A stretch of 50,013 bases of DNA, the filler included, from Catajapyx aquilonaris (Eukaryota), in NCBI GenBank assembly GCA_000934665.2. It is 3 parts of 3 records of this genome, joined end to end, with 100 filler letters (N's around TTAATTAATTAA, not from the genome) between each part and the next. Parts side by side here need not be neighbours in the genome. Positions count along the whole stretch, not along the records: positions 16,636 to 33,341 come from JYFJ02007161.1; positions 33,442 to 50,013 come from KZ539652.1; 1 more part is not named here. One strand, given 5' to 3'. Below, piece after piece: positions 26,155-35,633 of the stretch. Within the stretch, counting starts at the first letter, position 1. Every line of letters starts with the position of its first letter. Under the pieces are notes generated by a model. That model saw only the letters and a program-made list of their open reading frames with translations. It was not told the origin of the DNA and searched no databases. The position numbers and the translations under genes were made by a program.

Positions 26155-26808
26155 CCCTGGAACCGTGCCGTGCTTACGAGTATTACGGCAATCGTACCGT
26201 GGGGACTTTTCGGATCCCACCATATTTTAATTTTCATTCATTATTATATAATACTTTTCAATGTATTGACTATATACAATCATTCTTTGAACTAAGTTAT
26301 GCCTAAAATGATCGCTAATATATTCAAAATAAACATGCACTTCCTGTTATATACTGTAAAAATGGCAAAAGTTCATTGTAATGATCATTTTAATGCATTT
26401 CTTTCCTTTAGGTCCAAAATGACCCCAGGGGCGGATCCAAGGGGGGGGTCACGGGGGTCATGACCCCCCCCCAAACCATGGAAAGAGAAATATTTTCTAA
26501 ATTTTTATCTGCAAATTAGGATGATTTTTGGGAAAAAGTGCTACCAATTTCATCAAATACTGTACACACCCATTCAAATCTCCTACATTCACCTAAGCTC
26601 GTGTGACCTTGAACCCCCCCCCAAAAAATTTCGCCTGCGGCGCTCTTGCTCCCCGCCCTTTTCGACTTATGCCCCCGCCCCGCCTCGCAAACACCACCAA
26701 GTCCGTGGTATGGTACAGAACGGTCCGACAGGACCATGACGGTATGACCCCCCCCCAAATCGAAAGTCTGGATCCGCCCCTGAATGACCCCACGGCTCGG
26801 TTCCAGGG
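26155..26808. mobile_element. piggyBac-type non-autonomous element (MITE)
   Basis: TTAA TSDs at 26151-26154 and 26809-26812. TIRs CCCTGGAACCGTGCCGTG / CACGGCTCGGTTCCAGGG match at 17 of 18 positions. Confidence 0.9.
26426..26782. mobile_element. hAT-type MITE
   Basis: TIRs CAGGGGCGGATCCA / TGGATCCGCCCCTG with a perfect 8-bp TSD AATGACCC (26418-26425, 26783-26790). Confidence 0.9.
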
Positions 26809-26950
26809 TTAAGAGAGCCAATGGCTCTAGCACGGGGTAGCAAAATAAAGTAAAAAATACATAGTTCATTGCTCTAAAAACAATTGTTCTGGCGTCGTAC
26901 TGCGTGCGAGATGCATTTGAAATCACCAAAAGCATTTTTATTGTATACTA

Positions 26951-27266
26951 GGGAGGCGAAGTGGCCCTGCGGTAGCGTATGCGCCCACGGATGTTAAGGT
27001 CCCGGGTTCGATCCCAGCCCGGGGGCACTCCCTTCATCTCGTGCAGAGTTGGATCGTCTCTGGCTTCGTCTCGGGTGAAATTTCCTTACACTAATCCACC
27101 CGGGGGAGTTCACAAAATGACATTAGCAACGACATTGCACTGCACTTTGCACATCCCCTCCTGTCACCCTGCCCGTGGGCCCGGGAATTACGTATAAAGG
27201 TTCCAATATATGTACGAGACATGAATAAAGGTCAGTGCTCCTCTGATGAGGTCAAGCACTACCCGG

Positions 27267-27341
<75 letters not shown>

Positions 27342-27342
27342 G
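26951..27342 (+). mobile_element. tRNA-derived SINE family A, full-length copy with (ATT)n tail
   Basis: B box GGGTTCGATCCC, 3' hairpin AGTGCT-CCTC-TGAT-GAGG-TCA-AGCACT, a long (ATT)n tail, and TTGTATAC repeated on both flanks. Confidence 0.9.
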
Positions 27343-28020
27343 TTGTATACAGATCCCCCCCCTCCTACATCACCACATTGTTTAAGTAGACTATTAATCA
27401 AGTTGTACGTGATACGTGGACATAATTACTGTATATAGGAGCATATGATATCCGAAAACACGCAATGAGCTATTTTTATTGTCATCCTCCACCACGAACA
27501 CTGTAATGGAAACGTCCAGCACAGTATTGTGGCTGCAGCTATCTAGTTTACTCCGTTTTGGTTTTGTATAACCTGAAACCGTATAGGCCAGTTAGGCTAT
27601 TACTCTATATCGGTGGCGTAATAGCTCGTTATACTGTATAGGCCCAGCCTGATTACACGAGGAGAGTTTTGCAGGGAAAGATATCAAAAGATTTGTTTTT
27701 CAATCTTGAAATGATGGAGCACAGGCAAACTATAACTAGTCTTCATCCGAAGCTCACTCCTATAAACAAAACCCTCATGTAGATCTACCTGTCGAGTAGA
27801 CTATAATATATGTAGATTCGATATTTGTCTGCCTTGAAAATAACAATATCGGATGTGTTCATTTTCCGATGGAAACCGAAGGCGGATACCAATTAATTAG
27901 AGGTAGGGATTTAGGGGCACGTTTTTAGAGGTCTTGAGCCGATTTTGAGCCAAGTCGTTGGCCTCTGGATGATTTTGTTCAGATCCATTCCATGCTGAAA
28001 TAGGTTTGGGCGGACAAGTG

Positions 28021-28024
<4 letters not shown>

Positions 28025-28089
<65 letters not shown>
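28025..28089. repeat. (CT)n microsatellite
   Basis: Uninterrupted CT dinucleotide run. Confidence 0.95.
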
Positions 28090-28091
<2 letters not shown>

Positions 28092-28812
28092 CTGCTCTGG
28101 TCTCTATAGGCCTCTTTCTATCGGCAAGCTCTTATTAGCAGAGAGGGAAGCCCACGGTGCTCTATGCTGTCGTCACGGAGGATTATTCCCTTCGGACGCA
28201 TGACACGAGCCTGAATCTAATTCCAGACACTTTCCAGGAATTCCAGCCAGGCACACGTTTCTCAACTTGCACGCGTCTCTCCTCCTCGTCCCGCGGATTG
28301 GATTCTGTGGCCGCATGAGGAGAAATAAAACGAGAATCTAATGACTAGTTGGGAGTGTATGTGCAATCCCCACTAGGAACTTGCAGTACAACCTAATTCC
28401 ATCAGGAAAGAGCATTGGGCATGGGGCTGCTGTAAGTATATACTGTAGATTTCTCCCGAGTCTGCACATCGCGTACTTGCTCAACTTATTATTAATTCTT
28501 GAAACCTGCATGCGGGAGTGATCGGCCATTGAATATAACAAGCCAGAGATGCGATTTGTCCTTCCTGCAGGGCTGAAATATGTGGAAACTAAAATCATGT
28601 CTACACTGTATAGAAAAAATCACGTCGCTAATTTTATTGAGTGTGTACACTATACAGGGTGATCGAGTTCCGATTCCGCAATGTTAACATCATGCCTCCT
28701 GCTATTTTTAGGGTTCCTATTAAAAGTAGAATAAATGAGATATACACAATCATAATTATACCGATGTCATTATATTAGAGTGAAACAAGTTCCTCGATTG
28801 TTACACAATAAT

Positions 28813-29089
28813 TTAATTTTAATAATTTACCTTAGGGGGGGAGTTCATCCCAATTTTTTTTGTCAGGAACTCTTTGCTTTTTACTTTTTGCTTCGCTTTT
28901 TGGGAAGGGATAGGGATGGAAGGAAGCGGCTGTGGCCTGTTATTACGGAAACAACTCCGGAATTTTCCTGGAGGGACCGTGGGAAACCACAAAAAACCAC
29001 GGTCAGAGTTGCCGGTCCCGGGATTTGATCCCCGGACCTCCTGATTAGCAGCCGGATACCATATCCCTTCACCTACTGCTGCTTCGGTC
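28813..29089 (-). mobile_element. tRNA-derived SINE family E, copy 1
   Basis: 13-bp TSD GTTACACAATAAT (28800-28812, 29090-29102). Reverse complement of the copy at 29305-29568. Confidence 0.9.
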
Positions 29090-29304
29090 GTTACACAATA
29101 ATCCTTCTCACAGGCCAAAATCGGAGACTTACACTGGCGGTCATGTTTCGATCATCCTGTCCCGGCTACACTATATAGAAACACGTTAGCAGAGCGTCAA
29201 ACTTTTTAAAATGCGATAAATAAAACCATCGTGCTGAACCATATTAAATTTGTGGGAACCCCATATAGTGCATAATACGTATGTAGGTTACACCGTTGTG
29301 TATA

Positions 29305-29568
29305 CACCGAAGCAGGTTGGTGTAGTGGATAAGGAGTCCGCCTGCTAATCGGGAGGTCCTGGGTTCGAATCCCGGGGCCGGCGACCCTGACCATGGTTTT
29401 CTGTGGTTTTCCATGGTCCCCTCCAGGACAATTCCGGGGTCGTTTCCGTAAGAAATAGGCCACAGCCGCTTCCTTCCTTCCTTCCCTATCCCTGGTCCCA
29501 TCCAATGGTGGTAATCCACCCCCCTAAGGGAGCCAAAGGCTCTAGCACGGGGCATGAAATAAATAATT
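29305..29568 (+). mobile_element. tRNA-derived SINE family E, copy 2
   Basis: TGGTGTAGTGG A box and GGGTTCGAATCCC B box; core GGTTTTCTGTGGTTTTCC...CCAGGACAATTCCGGGG...AGGCCACAGCCGCTTCCTTCC. TATGTAGGTTA is repeated near both flanks. Confidence 0.9.
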
Positions 29569-31081
29569 ATGTAGGTTATATACCATATTTTAAAGGATAT
29601 TGTGCAGGGGACAGCGAGTTGTAACACTTTTTGCTCCCAAATGTTTATTTCCGAAAGTACTGCACCTACCGGCAAGTTTGAAATACGTATATTCTGTTGG
29701 TTTAAATCTTTGGCAACATATATCAATATTTAAATTATTGTAGTTTAGTTTATTGTTTGGTAGTAAATCGTATTTCAAATTACCTCTGCAGCTGTTACAA
29801 CCTGCCCCACCCACGGGGAAAGTAGTAACAGACTGAAAAATTCATTTAGTTGCTTGAAAAACACAAAATAGGCGATATTTCATGAGCTCCAAAATACACG
29901 TACCGACCAAGCTTCCGCCAGGAAGGGAGCTTGGAAGGGAGGGCGTTTTTCGTGATTCTGACCAAATTCTAGGTTGGTCAGAAAACAAGACAGTGCCGAA
30001 GAAAATGTTAGTAGTACTACTCGCCTCACCGTACAACTATAGTCCCACTCTCCCCTACTATTCACAGAAAATACATTTATTATTTTTCCCTTATTTCAGC
30101 AAAAGCAATGGCAACAAGCGAGATTCGCTTAAGACTGCGATTTGCTGCATTTTGTAAGCCATAAACATAATAGGTTTGAAATGCAGGGATGCCGTTTCCT
30201 GGTGTGGCTAAAATCCATGGGCTTTAAGTCCACATTTGCTCCTACCTCATCCATTCGGCGTCAATGCGAGACTTCCAGGTCGACAAGACCCTTCAAGTCT
30301 ACGCGACGATAGGTACCTGCAGGTATTGGGAGGCAAGCTGAGATTATTTAATCTCCTCTCGGTGTGTAATCAAAGGCACACGCCCCAATGACAGCTTCCC
30401 CACGACCCTTGTGGTCTCGATTAAATTCATGCATTTGATGCTCTACCACTTTATTGTTCAGTTACGCTTCATTCATGACTCTAGTTCTAGAACTACTAGT
30501 AGGTTACACGGTTGTAATGAATGTAGGAATGTAATGAACCAGCTAACAATAATTATTCAGTCATTCCCCTGTAATGATGCGATTTCTATCGAGAGAATTG
30601 ATGTGTGTGCTGATATGGCTTGTATACCAATTGAAATTTTCGTTTCAGTTACAATAATCTCCGTAATCGTTGTTAAGAATCTAAATTTGTCACACTTTTT
30701 CAAATTCGCAGCTATACCGGTACTACTGCGTGTATTAGGCTAACTTGTAAGTTGAAGCATTCACATTCTGGCTTTGGATTGAGTGAATACCAAGAAGAAA
30801 CAGAACAGGCCCGTGCACAATTTCTTTTAGTTTCTACGAGCAGCGCCGCGCCGGCGCGTGTAGGGGGCGAGCGGGGTCCCGCCAAGGGCCCCGCGCAGCA
30901 GAGTCCTCTTGGGTTTGTAACATAAAATGTGTACCGTTTGTCATGAAATTAATGTGTATTTTCCACGATGAACAAGAACCTTAATAAGTAAATTTCAAGT
31001 TTCCAACTGCGATTTTTTTTACAGTACCCCATTCTCAGGCCTTGGGACCTTTTTATGTATAATATGTTAATTGTTCCAAGG

Positions 31082-31302
31082 GTAAGTAGGAGGGGATGTG
31101 CAAAGTGCAAGTGCAATGTCGCATATTGGTCATTTTGTGAACTCCCCCGGGTGGATTAGTCTAGCGGAAATTTCCACCCGAGACGAAGCCAGAGGTGACC
31201 CTGAACTCTGCACGAGATGAAGGGGGGAACCCCGGGCTAGGATCGAACCCGGGACCTTAACATCCGTGGGCGCGTGCGTTACCGCAGCACCACTCCGCCT
31301 CC
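31082..31302 (-). mobile_element. SINE family A, copy 3 (3'-truncated)
   Basis: Reverse complement of 26951-27165. Confidence 0.88.
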
Positions 31303-32196
31303 CTTTTCCAACGGCTAATTAATGATACGGGGCCCATACAAGCTCAATAATATTATCAGCAAATGACAGATTTTTTTTATATGAGATTGTGATAAAGGTA
31401 TAAGCTTCTGCATAATGTGGAATCGTCATCGTGGCGCTATGAGCAGTGGCTGGCCCTGCGAGTCAAAAACGCAGCCCCCCTCTCTGGGCATCAAAATTTG
31501 CAGGGGCCCCACTCAGGCTGTTTGTGTCTTTGATTTTCGCTAACGCAGCAGCCGAATCTGCCTCCTATATCGGTACTATTCATTTTTTACACGCTTTATA
31601 TTAGTTTCACCACGGACGAAAAGAGATGGACTGGAAACTTCGGCCGATATCGCAATTTTCCTTGCCCCGTTTTTTGTCCATTTAGTTCTAGTTCTTCCCG
31701 CTTCGGCCGCAGGGCGCCGCGTTCCATCTTCCTCTCTCTGTGGCCAGCTGTGGCGCGCGTGATTTGACTGGTGTCTGCTGGGATCATAATTCACTTACTA
31801 AAAAGGTGCCGTAACATAACGCAGGTGGTGGGGAGAGGTACTTGGAACATTAAATGAGCTTCCAAAGCCAACTTGTAGTGGCAGCGGCATATTTATTCAT
31901 TGATACACAGATAGGGAATTTGACGCGAACAATCGTGTTGCATGTCGACTTTGACATCCTCATCGGTAAAAAATGGTCAGTTCTGCATATCATGAGCTTT
32001 AAATGGTGCCTCAATCTGTCGCGTGTAGGTATAAGCATTACATATTGAATAGTATGTCCAAATACACCAATGTTTTCTCTAAGAAGTGTGAAAGAATATT
32101 AGTTTTGAGCACAAGAACAAAGCAACATGTCGACCTTCATTTGGTGGCCCACTTAACATAAAGCATAATATACAGGTAACACAAGAGTATATAACA

Positions 32197-33341
32197 TTTA
32201 TTTATTCGACCCTGTTACAGGGCGGAGCCCTTTTAGGGGGACAACAGACACCCGATATAAATGTACAGAAACATGGCCAGGGCATCGGGACAAGAAATAT
32301 ACATCAAGCATGAAGGAAAAAAAGAAAAACACACTATAGTATCAAGTAAGGGGGGAAGGAGATAGTAAGCATTAATCACACAGCTCCATCATATTGGCGA
32401 CTTTTGCAAAATAATTATAGAGTGAAAAGGCATCATCTGTTGACAAAATAATAAATAGACAGTGGGACTTATCAGGAGGATAATTATTTGGGCACATTGG
32501 ATAAAAAGGCCTGACGAGGGGTAAGAAAAATGAGACAATTATATACGTTGTACGCTGAGAGCAAAAAATTTCGTTTTAGTGCTATTTGCTTTAGTTTTGA
32601 GCAAGCATTATTTAGTTCAGTTAAAGTTAAAACAGCATCCAATATTGGGTCAGAAGGTGAAACCGTCCTTAGAGATAGTGACAAATGACAAGACAGGGAA
32701 GGATGGGAGGGTAGACAAGAGAGAGAGAGAGAGAGACCAAATGCTGCCACCATATCATCAGATCAAGGGAGTGCACAACTCTTACCGGCTTGAATTTTTT
32801 TACCGTTTTCCAAAACGTGACAGAGTCCTTGGAATGCAGTAACTTGTGTAGGGAAATATTAAAATACAACCTCTTTTTCGCCTGGCAAAGATTATGATAG
32901 GATTTGCGTGCATCAAGAAAGTTGAGTCGGTCCCTGTCGGAAGATTGTATTGTATCACTGATGTAGTAATGCTTTCTTCAGGGAGGGCTGCCACACACAA
33001 AAAGTCAGGATGCCCCACTCTCTTCACATACATCGGGTTGGTGCATGGGCAGGTGCATGTTGCTGACTTGCTGTGTTGCCCAAGTAGAAAAACTTGACCT
33101 GCGGAAGGGGCACATTTTTCACTCGTGTTAATTGCTCCTTTCTCCTCCTTACCCGCGTGTCTTACCTGGCATCCATCCTGCCTGGTTGCTTCCGCAGTTG
33201 TCAGTGGTTGTCACACGGACGATAAGAGAGGTTTTAGTCCGTGGTTCTCACCACCTGACAGCCAATTACAATTGCCACTGTTCATCATCTCTGCATTTGG
33301 CCGCCATTGCTGCCGAGAGGAGAGAGGAAGAAGCACACGCA
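32197..33341 (-). mobile_element. Internally deleted LINE remnant (RTE-X/L2-group-like ORF2 pieces plus 3' end)
   Basis: Minus-strand peptides ARKSYHNLCQAKKRLYF...SVTFWKTVKKF...WWQH and PILDAVLTLTELNNACSKLK are typical of the region between endonuclease and RT. They are followed by a C-terminal-like segment and a 3' end CCCCCTAAAAGGGCTCCGCCCTGTAACAGGGTCGAATAAATAAAT. The RT core is absent. The clade assignment is tentative. Confidence 0.65.
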
Positions 33342-33441
33342 NNNNNNNNNNNNNNNNNNNNNNNNNNNNNNNNNNNNNNNNNNNNTTAATTAATTAANNN
33401 NNNNNNNNNNNNNNNNNNNNNNNNNNNNNNNNNNNNNNNNN
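33342..33441. other. Artificial contig-joining spacer
   Basis: 100 nt: 44 N + TTAATTAATTAA + 44 N. Confidence 0.95.
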
Positions 33442-34972
33442 GCCTCATTTGTGTCGCTATTAATTGATATGTGCTAATAATATGTAAACAGCAGTCATAA
33501 TAAAATAATAAATGGGAATGCCTCCAGGGCATCTATAAATTTAATGCCGTTTTTGTTATGTTTTCAACGTATCCCTTTGGGTGTACAGTACACCTGTGCG
33601 CAGTCATACATCCCCCGTAATTATATTTTATGTTCACTCTCACCATGATGCTTTTCCACCTATTTAACAGACAAATGCTCTTTAAAGTAACACAACTTTT
33701 CCATTTTCCGCAATGATTTGACTGCCTGCTATTCCCTCTGGGCTGTGCACATCGGGTCCGAAACTGTACCGCACATTCACAGTATATTGCTGTATAGTAA
33801 CGGTATGGTCCTAAATATTATACCATATTTTCAACGTTACTTCCCCATCTCTCATTCCTGGCGACCGTAACTTATGCATGACTCCGATTATTTGCCTTCA
33901 TAACGCGATTTAAGCCTTAAGCTACCGGGAATTCGCCTCTCGAATTTTGGATTTAGGATATTGGATTTTGTTGCAAAAAACTAATTTGGCATACATACAT
34001 TGTAAAGATATTGTACATTATTTTGTCATATGCAACTAAGTAAGAGGACAGACACATCAACCCAGTGCCATTTTGTCATGACACCAATTCAGTAGCATGT
34101 GCTGGTTACAAAGGGATGATGTGGTTTATGATGACACAATCTATATTTTATGTGAGTCGGCTGACATAGATCTGTTTTAATGTCAATACACATTGTCTGT
34201 TGGTCCCCGATATCTTTCCTTTATCTTTATCTCCGTGTAATTAACAGGGCGTATACAAGCATGCTTCAGAATGATTTGATACCATAACGGATATCTGAGC
34301 TCGCGTTCTGAATTTATTTTTAATTTTTAAAATAATGATTATTAGACCGGACGAATCACCATTTTCCATTGAATCATAAATTATGTATGCACATGTTAAC
34401 TTATGAGCACAATATTGCCTTATTTGTAGTCTACCCTGCATCTTATAGTAGGCCTACTATTAACACAATTTACATACTTACATGCCCCTATTGTACTTTT
34501 GGTCAGTCATCCTGAGTCCCATAGGAACACTATATAGGCTTCCCTCCATCAACCTTCGACTGACGTGTCTTTCGGAAGCCTTTGTGCCACCTTCTATTCC
34601 GCAGTGATTGTCAACCCAGACAATTCCCACAATCTGCACACAATGGGCCTCTCTGATTTCCAGTCACCATTACAGTATCAAATCCCGGCATCAGATATCT
34701 CAAACCTCCATCGCAAACGGAACAAATATTGAATGGAAGTTGATTTCGACCCAGAGCTGCGAGTGATTTTTTTTTCTTCGTTTCTATTCAGTTATAGACG
34801 TTCAAAGTAGCGTACTATTGAGAGATGGAAAGTGAATATGCGTTGCTCTGCAACTAATCCTCTCTGCCTGTGAGTAGTTGTGTCCGTGAAGAATATCCAC
34901 TTCAGGCGATCAAAAAGGAGTAATCGAATAAGCCCATGCTTTTTAGGAACTGTTATCGGGACTAGGACATCA

Positions 34973-35181
34973 GTACGTACAGAACGCCCATACGTATAGA
35001 CCCATCTGTACGTATAGAACATCTGTACGTATAGAACACATGTACGTATAGAACATCTGTACGGTACGTATAGAACATCTGTACGGTACGTATAGAACAT
35101 CTGTACGGTACGTATAGAACACCTCTGCTACGTATAGAACACCTGTACTACGTATAAGACATCTGCACGTCTATAGAACAT
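34973..35181. repeat. Minisatellite, unit GTACGTATAGAACATCT (17 nt, with longer variants)
   Basis: About 10 tandem, slightly diverged copies of ACGTATAGAACA(T/C)CTGT. Confidence 0.9.
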
Positions 35182-35223
35182 GTCAATAAAATCCACTTCT
35201 AAAAAATTTGTCAGTACCTGCAC

Positions 35224-35229
35224 TTTATT
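35224..35229 (-). promoter_or_regulatory. Putative polyadenylation signal of the GT7 gene
   Basis: AATAAA on the minus strand about 120 nt downstream of the stop codon. Confidence 0.5.
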
Positions 35230-35350
35230 AACAGCTTATTGAACGGCAGCTAACTTATTATAATTATAATTATTCAACCATGACTCGCAATTAATTCTGC
35301 GAGACTACACACATAGTTTATATGCACTTATTCACAACATAATTAATTAA

Positions 35351-35633
35351 TTAGGCCGATGGTGGCGCTTGCGTTCCGTCTTGGAGGTGCTTAATGTTGG
35401 CAGGGGGATGACCCACGTCCACCATGAGATGGGTGAACAGGAGGTCCTTGTGGGCAAATATTAGACGGAAACGGAGGGTGTTTAGTCCATCCAGGCGGTA
35501 CCTCCTGCCCGAAGTACGCAGAAGTTTGTTCCTGACAGTCCACACTAAAGGCCTCCGTTTCACATGTTTCATCATGGTGTATCTTGCCAACCATTCTGGC
35601 GGACGCGTTATGCTCAGCCCGCTCTGCTGGACT
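35351..35633 (-). CDS. bre-4: GT7 gene exon 7 (terminal)
   Basis: Acceptor TTTTTTTGTAG|A; VQQSGLSITRPPEWLARYTMMKH...DGLNTLRF...APPSA*. Confidence 0.92.

Larger units (their letters stand above)
25847..26857 (+). mobile_element. SINE family C copy split by a piggyBac MITE
   Basis: Head GGGGAGATGTGGTGACCGAGATGGTAACG...CCCAGGTTTGATCCCCG. The body continues to CACCCCC-TTAA (26154) and resumes after 26812 with GAGAGCCAATGGCTCTAGCACGGGGTAGCAAAATAAA. Confidence 0.88.

Noticed and set aside
27230..27266. CTGATGAG suggesting a hammerhead ribozyme core in the SINE A tail
   Set aside because: No downstream GAAA or stem II/III arrangement. The motif is the loop region of a simple hairpin, and the other copy reads CTGAAGGG.
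28250..28346. TCCTCGT...CTAATG resembling HDV-like ribozyme L3 and J4/2
   Set aside because: The flanks of the putative L3 cannot form P3, and no P1/P2 pairing was found.
29305..29385. tRNA gene candidates at SINE heads (also about 19090, 21660-21735, 25847 and 26951)
   Set aside because: They continue into SINE bodies with tails and TSDs, and do not form complete cloverleaves.
34792..35181. Regular repeats and repetitive ORF (CRISPR-like appearance)
   Set aside because: The units are directly tandem with no unique spacers, in a eukaryotic context with no cas genes.
35341..35353. AATTAATTAATTA resembling the artificial spacer
   Set aside because: No flanking Ns; it overlaps the GT7 stop codon and looks like natural AT-rich 3' UTR.
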